Shown here: piece by piece, positions 27,862 through 36,724 of the stretch
Layout: each line of letters starts with the position of its first letter
How positions within the stretch are numbered: the stretch's first letter is position 1
DNA from: Nitrospiria bacterium
GTDB taxonomy: Bacteria; Nitrospirota; Nitrospiria; SBBL01; JAADHI01
Assembly (NCBI GenBank): GCA_046756925.1
Contig: JBHHXH010000003.1
Coordinates: 1-62,749, forward strand
Direction of reading: 5' to 3'
DNA length: 62,749 nt
The notes under the pieces: generated by a model
What the model was told of the DNA's origin: nothing
The model's database searches: none
What the model saw: only the letters and a program-made list of their open reading frames with translations
Translations under genes and position numbers: made by a program

Positions 27862-28837
27862 CTAATACACCCTTGATAATCTTAGTGATGGCCGTGCGGG
27901 AAAGACGTTGTTTGTTCGATCCACTGGAATACACGAATTTTTTTGAAACCGGCTTTCCGCCGTTGGTCCGCTTCTCCTCCGTCCACCAGGGAAACTGGGG
28001 TTGTATGACATAGTATTTTCCGCAGTCGAGCGTCAGCCGGCCGTCTTCTTCCGAAATCAATACTTCGTGCAGCTTCTCGCCCGGACGGATTCCGATCGTC
28101 TCGATCCGGCATTCCGGCGCGATGGCTTGCGCGATATTCAGAATCGAGGCGCTGGGTATCTTCGGCACGAAAATCTCGCCGCCGTGCATCTTCTCCAAGG
28201 CGCTAACCACAAAGTGGACCCCCTGGTCCAAGGTGATCCAAAACCGTGTCATTCTTCGGTCGGTCACGGGAAAAACACCTGTTTTCCGCAAGGAAAGGAA
28301 AAGTGGAATCACACTGCCTCTGCTCCCAACGACGTTGCCGTACCGCACCACGCTGAAGCGGGTTGCACTTTGACCGGCATAGGTGTTACCCGCCGTAAAG
28401 AGCTTGTCCGAACATAATTTTGTCGCGCCATAGAGGTTGATCGGGTTGCAGGCCTTGTCGGTGCTTAAAGCCACGACTTTTTTGATGCCGAGGTCGATCG
28501 CCACATCGATGATATTCTGTGCTCCGATGATATTGGTCTTGATACACTCGAAGGGATTGTATTCGGCCGTGGGAACCTGTTTGAGCGCTGCCGCGTGGAC
28601 GACGTAGTCCACGCCCGCAAAGGCCCGCCGAAGCCGGGGTTTGTCTCGGACATCCCCGATAAAAAACCGAATGGCCTCATGACGCAAACGCTTTTGCATC
28701 TCATATTGTTTGAATTCATCCCGGCTGAAGACAATCAGTCGTTTGGGAGAATATTTTGAAAGCATAGTCTGAACAAAACGTTTTCCAAATGATCCAGTCC
28801 CGCCCGTAACCAAAATGGTTTTTCCAGCCAAGGTCAT
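27806..28837 (-). CDS. pseB: UDP-N-acetylglucosamine 4,6-dehydratase (inverting)
   Basis: KTILVTGGTGSFGK, FSRDEFKQYEM and STDKACNPINLYGATK (FlaA1/PseB pattern). ATG at 28837 has GGGAGGA 8 nt upstream. The 3' end overlaps pseC by 56 nt. Confidence 0.88.
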   Translation of the reverse strand: MTLAGKTILVTGGTGSFGKRFVQTMLSKYSPKRLIVFSRDEFKQYEMQKRLRHEAIRFFIGDVRDKPRLRRAFAGVDYVVHAAALKQVPTAEYNPFECIKTNIIGAQNIIDVAIDLGIKKVVALSTDKACNPINLYGATKLCSDKLFTAGNTYAGQSATRFSVVRYGNVVGSRGSVIPLFLSLRKTGVFPVTDRRMTRFWITLDQGVHFVVSALEKMHGGEIFVPKIPSASILNIAQAIAPECRIETIGIRPGEKLHEVLISEEDGRLTLDCGKYYVIQPQFPWWTEEKRTNGGKPVSKKFVYSSGSNKQRLSRTAITKIIKGVLDVTDPITDTEHPLRAANY

Positions 28838-28877
28838 CAAAATTGTCCTCCCAAACGTTCCATAGGCTGACTAACTA

Positions 28878-28892
28878 GCAATAAACTTGCCG
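28878..28892 (-). promoter_or_regulatory. candidate sigma-54 (-24/-12) promoter upstream of pseB
   Basis: Minus strand cGGCAagtttaTTGCt has GG-N10-GC spacing, versus consensus TGGCAC-N5-TTGCW. It lies about 40 nt upstream of the pseB ATG. Confidence 0.3.
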
Positions 28893-29026
28893 TCATTTCT
28901 TCGATATAAAAGCACCCTATACGGCGCAATTCCCTGATGGAACCGGCCATCGTCAGTTATTTGACTCTTCCCCCGCGTTCTCATGACGGCACAATCAAAC
29001 AAAAAGAAGAGATCCAACGCAGGTAA

Positions 29027-29512
29027 TCACTTATTGACCGAGAGGCGACTTGAAACCATTTCTTGTTTTTTCATTGGAAATTTTATGATCGGTTCGCGAA
29101 TGGGGTATCCCGATTCATTCAAGACGATCTGTCTCCCTCTCCGCAATTGATAATTGATGACCAGCGGCGCCATCAGGTTGGCGGATAACTTTATCGGATC
29201 GTCTTTCGGGAGATTGACGATCGACAAGAAAACAAGGTCCTTGAGACCCTTCGCCTTAAGGTAAAGCAGATCGGGCGAAGCAATTTCAGGCCGGTATGCG
29301 GGTTTGACGATGAGCGGATCGATAACGACGAAACCCAAATCGTTATTCTCCACCGACTGAAGCCATAAAAGCGGGTGTCCTTTTTCGTACTCGATCAATA
29401 GGTATTTTTTTAAGCTCGGAAATCCGAGTATGCCGTCTGGAAACGTCATCAGCGAATCCTGATCGCACGTATTCGAACAATCACGCTGAACATGCTTCGT
29501 ATCCTTCATCAC
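29027..29512 (-). CDS. fliW: flagellar assembly factor FliW
   Basis: FPDGILGFPSLKKYLLIEYEKGHPLLWLQSVENNDLGFVVIDP is the FliW core pattern. ATGA overlap with the csrA stop. Confidence 0.88.
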   Translation of the reverse strand: MMKDTKHVQRDCSNTCDQDSLMTFPDGILGFPSLKKYLLIEYEKGHPLLWLQSVENNDLGFVVIDPLIVKPAYRPEIASPDLLYLKAKGLKDLVFLSIVNLPKDDPIKLSANLMAPLVINYQLRRGRQIVLNESGYPIREPIIKFPMKKQEMVSSRLSVNK

Positions 29513-29772
29513 TTTTTTGGCTTCTCCCTTCGTCCGGTTTCTTCCATCTTGAATTTATTGGCAAGCAAGTTCCGCAACTCCTGAATATTGGCGCCCGCAG
29601 CCGATCGGTTTTCGCGAATCGTTCTCGCAAGTACTTCTTCTCGATAAATGGCGATATTTCTGGGGGCCTCAACGCCCAACTTCACATAGGTTCCATGAAT
29701 CCCAGTCACAACCACCGTAATATCGTTTCCGATCGAAATCTTTTCTCCCAACTTCCTTGTCAGGACCAGCAT
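29509..29772 (-). CDS. csrA: carbon storage regulator CsrA with C-terminal extension
   Basis: MLVLTRKLGEKISIGNDITVVVTGI...VKLGVEAPRNIAIYREEV. 87 aa, about 30 aa longer than enterobacterial CsrA, as in FliW-partnered CsrAs. Confidence 0.93.
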   Translation of the reverse strand: MLVLTRKLGEKISIGNDITVVVTGIHGTYVKLGVEAPRNIAIYREEVLARTIRENRSAAGANIQELRNLLANKFKMEETGRREKPKK

Positions 29773-29781
29773 AGGACCTCA

Positions 29782-31008
29782 TCACCTTAAAAAATCCATC
29801 AATGACATATTAAAAATCCGGGAAGCCAGCGAACGACTGATCTCCAGCGCATTCTCTTCGAAAACAAGCTCGGAAACGGCTGTCGCAATATCCACATCTT
29901 CCTGCTCGGATTTCAGTCTTATCGTGACGGACTTAAAATCTTCAAGCGCAGCAGTCGTCGTCGTCACCCTGTTCAACCTTGCCCCGAGCAACACCCGCTC
30001 GTTGCTGACCTGATCACTCGCGCCATTGAGACTGGACAGTGCCGTTTGTATACCGGCGGGTGCATTCGACTCCAATGCAAGCTGCAGTCCTGCGACCGCC
30101 GCCAAGACATCCGTTCCGCCAAAGGCGCCTTTGATCAGCCGATCCCCCGGTAGATTCTTAATGATCGTATGGTTCTGATCGATGGCGATACGCGCCTCAC
30201 CCGAATCTCCCAAATAACTTCCCACCGCGCGGCTGGTGCCGGCAAGGGTTTCTATCGCAGCCCTGGCCGTTCCACCGGTAATATTGGCGCTGGAGCCACC
30301 GCCCACCGCGTTCGATTGAACCACCAAGTGCGCAGGTGCGGTCGTATCGAAAGTTACCGTTGCAGAAACACTCGCCGTTTGAAAAGTCGTATCCGCATTG
30401 ATCACTGTTTGAATCATACCGGCGAGAGCGGCTCCGGTATTGTAAGTCCCCGGTGTTAAGGTGACCGTGGATGTGATTCCGTCTAAAGACAGGCTCAGCT
30501 GGTCATTCACTGCAGCCGTGATCGTAATCGGAAGCGCCGGAAGCGGGCCGGCGATATAGTCGCCCTTCTGGAGAAACGGCACCGTCCCGGTCTCGTTCCC
30601 GGCAAAAATATAGCGTCCCCCTTGGGAGGTGTTGGCCAAAGACACGATGTGATCGTAGATCTGTCGAACCTCCTTGGCGATATTGGCACGGTCAACGGCG
30701 CTGTTGGTATCGTTCGCTGCCAGAAGGGCCAACTCTCGGGTTCGAATCAGCTGGTCTTCCATGGTCTGCAAGACCGTTTCACTGAGCGAAAGCGATGCGT
30801 CGGCTTGATCGTTATTTCTGATGAATTGGTCAATTTCAGAAAGGGTCTTTTCACTACCAATGATCCCTGCTTGGTTCACCGGATCATCTGAAGGACGGTT
30901 GACCTTCTTTCCAGTTGAAATTTGCTCTTGAATACGGAAAATAGATTCCTGTTGCCGACGCATCCGGTCCGTAATGGCGCTAAAAATCATCTTGTCGGAC
31001 ACTCGCAT
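29782..31008 (-). CDS. flgL: flagellar hook-associated protein 3 FlgL
   Basis: MRVSDKMIF...QISTGKKVNRPSDDP N-terminus and a flagellin-like C-terminus. Follows flgK. Confidence 0.88.
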   Translation of the reverse strand: MRVSDKMIFSAITDRMRRQQESIFRIQEQISTGKKVNRPSDDPVNQAGIIGSEKTLSEIDQFIRNNDQADASLSLSETVLQTMEDQLIRTRELALLAANDTNSAVDRANIAKEVRQIYDHIVSLANTSQGGRYIFAGNETGTVPFLQKGDYIAGPLPALPITITAAVNDQLSLSLDGITSTVTLTPGTYNTGAALAGMIQTVINADTTFQTASVSATVTFDTTAPAHLVVQSNAVGGGSSANITGGTARAAIETLAGTSRAVGSYLGDSGEARIAIDQNHTIIKNLPGDRLIKGAFGGTDVLAAVAGLQLALESNAPAGIQTALSSLNGASDQVSNERVLLGARLNRVTTTTAALEDFKSVTIRLKSEQEDVDIATAVSELVFEENALEISRSLASRIFNMSLMDFLR

Positions 31009-31021
31009 GTGATACCCCTAT

Positions 31022-31055
31022 AAAAAATAAAACAGCCCTGCGCTTTCCAGCAAGG
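31022..31055 (-). terminator. terminator-like hairpin plus U-tract between flgK and flgL
   Basis: Minus strand CCTTGC-tggaaagc-GCAGGG is followed by ctgttttatttttt. It lies only about 14 nt upstream of the flgL ATG, so it can only be a partial terminator or attenuator. Confidence 0.3.
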
Positions 31056-31143
31056 ATAACCCTCGGACTTTCAACATTGTCCTACACAGCAAAATCTTCA
31101 TCGATAAATCCAATTCCCGCAGAAACCATTCCGCAATACCGTC

Positions 31144-32793
31144 TTATCTCATGATCCCCAACACAGTCTGTAAAAGCTCGTCTGCCATCGTAATGACCCT
31201 GGCGGAGGCTTCATAGGCTCGCTGGAAGCGAATGATATTCGTCATCTCTTCATCGAGCGAAACACCGGATACTTCTTCTCTCAAATTTTGGAGCTGAGAT
31301 CGAATCGCTTCCTCTACCGCAGCGTTCCGCTGGGTCGCTTGGGAACGGACCCCGATGCGTCCCATAAAAGCGCTGTAATAGCCCTGGAGGCTGGACGACG
31401 ATAGGGCGGTGATCTGCCTGTCTTGTATACCGGAGAGAAGAAGGGCATTGCCATTGTCGCCTGGAATGCCGGCCAGTGTCGATGAAGCGGCGACGCGATT
31501 TGGATCTGTTAGAGACACCGACATCAACCCGGATGCGCCCTTGTGGGCGCTGATTTGGAAAACATCTCCGGCCGCGGGTGTGCTGCTGATGGCCACATCG
31601 AGCCCTTCGAAGGTAACTGTGGTGGGATCGACATAAACCCCCGTGGTCGAAGCCCCTGTGTCCCGATTCGTCAGGGTATAGTTGCCTCCCGCAAAAGTCA
31701 GATCATATGCATCGAAGGTCAAAGCAGTCGGGTTTGAAATGGTCACAGCCACCACCGCAGATCCGGTATTCGCACTCAAGCCGGTCGATGAAGGGGTCAA
31801 TGGAGAAAAAAAGTCCGTCGCGGTCGAACCGTCGAGCCCGAAACCGGCCCGATGTTGTTGATTGATTTCGTTGATGGTTGCCGCGGCGAGTTGGTCGAGC
31901 GTATTGAGGTAATCGGGAATGACCTGATCGCGCATGTCCAGCAAACCCTTCAGACGACCGCTGGAAATCAAAGCAGTGATATCGACTGCCGAACCGCTAC
32001 CGACCTTAAAACCGACATTGACATATCCATTGTCCGCCGCATCGGCCATGCCTTCCAAAACGCCGGAAAGCTCTCCGTCGATTAAGGGTTTTCCGGAACC
32101 GACAAAAACCGTGGTTTGTCCAAAACCATCTTCTATCGTTGTAATATCGATCTTATCGGCCAAGTCGTTTAGATGGCGCTGCCGGACATCGCGAAGGTCG
32201 TTGGCATTCTGTCCCGTAAATTCGGCTTGTTTGATCTCCCCATTCAGCTTCGCAATCTGCCCGGCAAGCAGATTGATATCGCCAATGACCGCGACGGCAT
32301 CTCTGTTGGCGTCATTTCTGATGTCCTGAAATTGCGTGTCGCTTTTATGAAAACGTTGTATGAGCGCCTCCCCTCGCTCAATCAGGGAAACCCGTGCTGA
32401 AAGATCGTGCGGATTGTTCGACACGTCGTTTAAGGATGCGAAAAAATCGTTTAAAGCTTGGTTGATCCCCGTCCCCTCCGCATCGCCGAAGGCCGACTCG
32501 ATCCTGCGGAAGAGACTCTCCTCTATCTCAAGACGGCCGAAATTTGATTTGCTTGAGACAATCTGCGCTTCGACAAAGCGATCGACGATACGCCGAACCT
32601 CCTTGGTTTCCACACCCGTCCCGATCTGACCCGGCCGGCCGTTCTCGGGATTGGTCGCACTGAAAACGGCCTCTTGACGCGAGTAGCCGACGGTGCTGAC
32701 ATTGGCGATGTTTTGAGAGGTCGTCTGCAGGGCCTTTTGATTGGCCGAAAGGGAACGTCTCCCGATATTAAATACCAATGAGATCCCTGCCAT
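31144..32793 (-). CDS. flgK: flagellar hook-associated protein 1 FlgK
   Basis: GRRSLSANQKALQTTSQNIANVSTVGYSRQ N-terminus and C-terminal EEMTNIIRFQRAYEASARVI. Confidence 0.92.
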   Translation of the reverse strand: MAGISLVFNIGRRSLSANQKALQTTSQNIANVSTVGYSRQEAVFSATNPENGRPGQIGTGVETKEVRRIVDRFVEAQIVSSKSNFGRLEIEESLFRRIESAFGDAEGTGINQALNDFFASLNDVSNNPHDLSARVSLIERGEALIQRFHKSDTQFQDIRNDANRDAVAVIGDINLLAGQIAKLNGEIKQAEFTGQNANDLRDVRQRHLNDLADKIDITTIEDGFGQTTVFVGSGKPLIDGELSGVLEGMADAADNGYVNVGFKVGSGSAVDITALISSGRLKGLLDMRDQVIPDYLNTLDQLAAATINEINQQHRAGFGLDGSTATDFFSPLTPSSTGLSANTGSAVVAVTISNPTALTFDAYDLTFAGGNYTLTNRDTGASTTGVYVDPTTVTFEGLDVAISSTPAAGDVFQISAHKGASGLMSVSLTDPNRVAASSTLAGIPGDNGNALLLSGIQDRQITALSSSSLQGYYSAFMGRIGVRSQATQRNAAVEEAIRSQLQNLREEVSGVSLDEEMTNIIRFQRAYEASARVITMADELLQTVLGIMR

Positions 32794-32796
32794 CGA

Positions 32797-33312
32797 TTAG
32801 ACCTTTCCGATTGTTCTGCCATGTTTTGGCGGGTGGTGGATCACTCCCGTCTGCTGATAAACGGGCGTCTCCCGGCACATCTGTTTAAAAAGCCCCAGAA
32901 GGCTTGAAATTTGTCCCAAAACACGCTCAACGAGGATGCCGTTCATCTGGTTGATTTCATGAATACTGGCCGTCAAGGCTTCCAGCTTGGCTTGCACATC
33001 ACGAAGTCTCCGGCGATGTTTCTCTGAACAACCGGGAAGCAGGGCATTGAGGGTCTGAGGCGGGTTCGGATGATTCAACTGTTGTAAGAGGTCGATCCGT
33101 TGTCGATTCAAACCATTCAAATCGTAGAGCACTTTTTCCTTATCGATGCTGCATTGGACCAGTTTTTCGACCGCCCCTTCAATGATATGCCGCTTTTCGT
33201 TTTGAAGCAGGGTAAGAAGTTGTTGATGGGATGGAATCATCTCTTCCAGAACCTTCAACAGTCTCATCAGTTCGGTCTCGGGGAGACCCTTAGAGCAAGG
33301 CGCAAAATTCAT
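32797..33312 (-). CDS. FlgN-like export chaperone (tentative)
   Basis: 171-aa helical protein between flgM and flgK. LLTLLQNEKRHIIEGAVEKL resembles the FlgN N-terminal pattern. Confidence 0.5.
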   Translation of the reverse strand: MNFAPCSKGLPETELMRLLKVLEEMIPSHQQLLTLLQNEKRHIIEGAVEKLVQCSIDKEKVLYDLNGLNRQRIDLLQQLNHPNPPQTLNALLPGCSEKHRRRLRDVQAKLEALTASIHEINQMNGILVERVLGQISSLLGLFKQMCRETPVYQQTGVIHHPPKHGRTIGKV

Positions 33313-33341
33313 GGATTCAATCCTATTTAAGAAAGTTCATC

Positions 33342-33659
33342 TTAAGAAAGTTCATCCAGAAGGGACGATCGAATGATGCCTTCGGCGATTTTTTGAGCAT
33401 CCGCGTTATATTCGCCCTGGGCAATCTTTTCTTCGATCTGTTTGATACGTTCCGGGCGCACTTCGGGGAGTTCCGTCGCAAGCTTGTTTAACTGTTGTAT
33501 ATGCTGCGCTTTTTCAGAAATATCGACCCGGTCTGCAGCCGGCGGAAGAGAGTTCTCAGTTTGGTTTGAGGCCTCTTTGTCCTTGGACCCATGGGAACCA
33601 CGCGTTCCTAAGAGCGTCTTCTCGAGAACCAAATAAAGATTTTTATCTGGAATTTTCAT
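33342..33659 (-). CDS. flgM: anti-sigma-28 factor FlgM
   Basis: 105 aa. C-terminal VRPERIKQIEEKIAQGEYNADAQKIAEGII is the FlgM sigma-28-binding region pattern. Confidence 0.8.
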   Translation of the reverse strand: MKIPDKNLYLVLEKTLLGTRGSHGSKDKEASNQTENSLPPAADRVDISEKAQHIQQLNKLATELPEVRPERIKQIEEKIAQGEYNADAQKIAEGIIRSSLLDELS

Positions 33660-34083
33660 GGTGTTCTCCTGTTCCTACACTGATCTTATCGGTCGATTTA
33701 CCCAAAACCTTAAGATTTTTTGACAAGTTTTTTATTAAACTCCTTGCCAAACCCATCCCCCCCATCTCCGCGATTTCTTTTGAAATCGCCTCATCAAACA
33801 TCGATTGGTAAAATGCTCCGCCATAACCGGATCCGCCTCCGGTAAAGCCGCTTTGGGCAAAACCGGATTGGGATTGTTGAATCGATTTTCGCATCTCTTT
33901 CAGGAGGGACTGCACAAAATAAGACTCGAAGGCCTTGGCTCCTTTTTCGAGTTCGGCCCGTCGCGCCGCGGGATCTTCAGGCTTCTTTTCCAAACGAGCG
34001 GCCGTACTCTGAAGAGATTTCGTATGATTCACGTCCCGAAAGACCTGCGCTCCCGCAGCTTGTGGATCGATTTTATGCATCAC
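33643..34083 (-). CDS. FlgJ-like rod-binding protein (no muramidase domain)
   Basis: GAKAFESYFVQSLLKEMRKS rod-binding motif. Only 146 aa. Follows flgI. Confidence 0.75.
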   Translation of the reverse strand: MMHKIDPQAAGAQVFRDVNHTKSLQSTAARLEKKPEDPAARRAELEKGAKAFESYFVQSLLKEMRKSIQQSQSGFAQSGFTGGGSGYGGAFYQSMFDEAISKEIAEMGGMGLARSLIKNLSKNLKVLGKSTDKISVGTGEHHENSR

Positions 34084-35255
34084 AATATCTCCAAATCGGC
34101 GTGCAGCGCTCCGGCCGCCTTGATCGCCTGTAGGATCGAGATGAGGTCCCGCGGCGTCACGCCAATGGTATTGAGTCCGCGGATCAAGTCTCCGATGGTC
34201 GTCCCCCCCTTCATGAATACAATTTTTGAATCTTCTTCGATGACCTCGGTGTCGCGCTTTGGCACAACGACCGTCTCGGAACCTTTCGGCGCCAATGGAG
34301 GCGGTTGAGACACCTGAAAATCCGTTCTCACGCGAATCGTTAAATTTCCATGGGCAATGGCAACATCGGCGATTCGAACCTGGTCTCCCATCACAATGGT
34401 CCCGGTCCGCTCATTGACAACCACCTTGGCAGGATAATCAACCGATACATCGATGCCCTCAATCAACGCCAACAAGGCCACTTCCCGACCTCGATAGGCC
34501 TCGGTAACACGCAGTTCGACCGTCCCCCCGTCGATAGGGTGGGCGACGGGATGGGCAATGGTCTGCGAAGACGCATCCGCATTAAACAAGCTATTAATCG
34601 CCTTGGCCATCCGCAAGGCGGTTGTAAAATCTTGTCGTCTTAACAGGATCTTAAACCGTTCGACTGCATCGAAACGGAACGCCACCTCCTTCTCCACCAA
34701 GGCCCCGCCGGCAACGCGTCCCGCCGTCGGATGGTTCTTCTGGCTGGTATCTCCCGAAGCCCCGCCGATAAATCCACCGATGGAAACCGCGCCCTGCGCC
34801 GTTGCGTACACGTTTTGATCCGGGCCTTTCAGAGGGGTCAAAAGCAGGGTGCCGCCTTGGAGACTGGTCGCATCCCCCAAGGACGAAACAGACACATCGA
34901 GCCGGCTTCCCTGTTTCGTGAAGGGCGGCAGCTTGGCCGTCACCATCACGGCCGCCACATTTTTAACCTTCACCGCATTCGAATCGACAGCGATACCCAT
35001 TTTGTTCAGCATGCTGGACAAGGTTTGCACGGTAAAAAGGGTCCCGGTCTTGTCCCCCGTTCCATTCAGGCCGATCACCAAGCCGTATCCGATGAGGGAA
35101 TTGTCGCGTACCCCCTCGATCGACGCGATGTCCTTAATCCGGGCCGCCTCGGTCTTAAGCGGAATTAGAAAAATCGCAATAGAAACCGCCACAATAGAAA
35201 TGCGCCCCATCGATGCGATCCGCAAACTTCTCATCCTAAAACAATTCTCTCTCAT
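34080..35255 (-). CDS. flgI: flagellar P-ring protein FlgI
   Basis: Signal peptide followed by RIKDIASIEGVRDNSLIGYGLVIGLNGTGD. The start is either the ATG at 35255 (TGATG overlap with flgH) or the ATG at 35234. The track start at 35294 is an extension. Confidence 0.92.
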   Translation of the reverse strand: MRENCFRMRSLRIASMGRISIVAVSIAIFLIPLKTEAARIKDIASIEGVRDNSLIGYGLVIGLNGTGDKTGTLFTVQTLSSMLNKMGIAVDSNAVKVKNVAAVMVTAKLPPFTKQGSRLDVSVSSLGDATSLQGGTLLLTPLKGPDQNVYATAQGAVSIGGFIGGASGDTSQKNHPTAGRVAGGALVEKEVAFRFDAVERFKILLRRQDFTTALRMAKAINSLFNADASSQTIAHPVAHPIDGGTVELRVTEAYRGREVALLALIEGIDVSVDYPAKVVVNERTGTIVMGDQVRIADVAIAHGNLTIRVRTDFQVSQPPPLAPKGSETVVVPKRDTEVIEEDSKIVFMKGGTTIGDLIRGLNTIGVTPRDLISILQAIKAAGALHADLEIL

Positions 35256-35998
35256 CAAAATGGCCAGATAAAGTCGATGATCCGCATCAACCATCCCGGC
35301 CGTTGCTTGTCGTCAATGGCGCCGCTGCCGGAATATTCGATCTTTGCATCTGCGATCACGGTCGACAGCACGGTATTGCCCGGTCCGATATCCTCCGGGC
35401 GAATCACGCCGCTGACGGATAAATATTCTTTTTCATTATTAATCGACACCTCCCGCTCCCCCTTGATCTGCATATTGCCGTTCGGATACACGGCGGAAAC
35501 CACGGCCGTCACATCCGCCGTGAGGCTTCCGCTACGGCTTGTCGAACCGTCTCCATCAAAGGCATTGGAAAACTCGGTGCCCGCTTCAAGGTTCGCCAGG
35601 GTATTGGCCGGTGTGCCGAAGAACGAGGGGGTCGACGCAGAGAGGCTTGAAGACCGCGCGGTTTTGGTCTTGGCGTCTTTCGAACCTTTGGCATTTTCGA
35701 CGATGCGCACCGTGACGATGTCCCCTACAAACCCTGCCTTGGCATCTTGAAAGAAAAAGTTTCTTGATTGATCGGCCTTCCATAGCGATCCGGTCGAATG
35801 GCTTTTTTGCTTGGAGATCCGATTGGGGCTCACAATGGAAATTTTCACCGATTGCGGGCCTTTCCGGGACGCGTCTACGGACGAGACGCCGGATCGATCT
35901 GTCACATGAATCATGCCACATGCGTTGATCAGCGGCAAGGCCAACAAAACCAACAAGGTCCATGGCGCCGGCCCGGTTCTTTGAATCAACATGTTCAA
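35255..35998 (-). CDS. flgH: flagellar L-ring lipoprotein FlgH
   Basis: Lipobox-like LPLINAC, then SLWKADQSRNFFFQDAKAGFVGDIVTVRIVE and ISGVIRPEDI. Confidence 0.92.
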   Translation of the reverse strand: MNMLIQRTGPAPWTLLVLLALPLINACGMIHVTDRSGVSSVDASRKGPQSVKISIVSPNRISKQKSHSTGSLWKADQSRNFFFQDAKAGFVGDIVTVRIVENAKGSKDAKTKTARSSSLSASTPSFFGTPANTLANLEAGTEFSNAFDGDGSTSRSGSLTADVTAVVSAVYPNGNMQIKGEREVSINNEKEYLSVSGVIRPEDIGPGNTVLSTVIADAKIEYSGSGAIDDKQRPGWLMRIIDFIWPF

Positions 35999-36720
35999 TG
36001 TCCTCCGTTCAAACCCGCAATGACATGACCTGCGGCAATGACCTTTGCAAAAATCACCTTCCTGGAGTCGATGTTCATCACCTTGATCACCTCGCCCAAG
36101 AACCCGTCTTCCTTGGCCTTCCCAAATGTCGATAGCCTCAGACCTTTTAAGGCAAGGGTGATCATGATGCGTTCTCCCCTCAGAATGACGGGCGCTTTTT
36201 CCACAAGGTCCGACCGAAGCGCTTCGCCCTTTCTCACCGAGCGCACCATTCTTTTTCCGATGAACACGTCTGGATTGTTTTCAAAAACCACGGCCTGCCG
36301 CCGGATGCGGACGCTTTGTGTTTCCAAGTCTTCAGGGCGGATGACATGATGCCGCCGCAGCACCCGCTTGGCAACGACCGCCTCCTGAAGGCGCGAGACC
36401 TCTCCAGACACCCATTGGACGATGGGCGGTTTCCCAGGCTGCCGCATTGTCACAATAAAAACGACCCGGCCAAGCAGTTTTCCGGGATTCGATGGTCGCA
36501 AATCCATAACATCGCCGGAAATAAGCGGCCCATGACCGTTGTTGATGGGAGCCAGCCGCGCCACTTCGATCTCGGGCAGGGTGACCGACAGGCGCTTGGC
36601 GACATAAGCCTGGATCCGACCGGAGATGCCGACCTCTATAGAACCAGCCAGGGCCGGTCCCGTGCCTTGGTAAGCCCAACCGATCATCGATATAAAAAGG
36701 GGTAAAATCGTCTGTTTCAT
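35995..36720 (-). CDS. flgA: flagellar P-ring assembly chaperone FlgA
   Basis: Signal peptide, SAF-like region and C-terminal GEVIKVMNIDSRKVIFAKVIAAGHV. Located between flgG and flgH. Confidence 0.82.
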   Translation of the reverse strand: MKQTILPLFISMIGWAYQGTGPALAGSIEVGISGRIQAYVAKRLSVTLPEIEVARLAPINNGHGPLISGDVMDLRPSNPGKLLGRVVFIVTMRQPGKPPIVQWVSGEVSRLQEAVVAKRVLRRHHVIRPEDLETQSVRIRRQAVVFENNPDVFIGKRMVRSVRKGEALRSDLVEKAPVILRGERIMITLALKGLRLSTFGKAKEDGFLGEVIKVMNIDSRKVIFAKVIAAGHVIAGLNGGH

Positions 36721-36724
36721 CTCA

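Noticed and set aside
33643-34083. FlgJ-like protein lacking the muramidase domain
   Set aside because: Single-domain rod-binding FlgJ is common outside beta- and gamma-proteobacteria, so it is not unusual.
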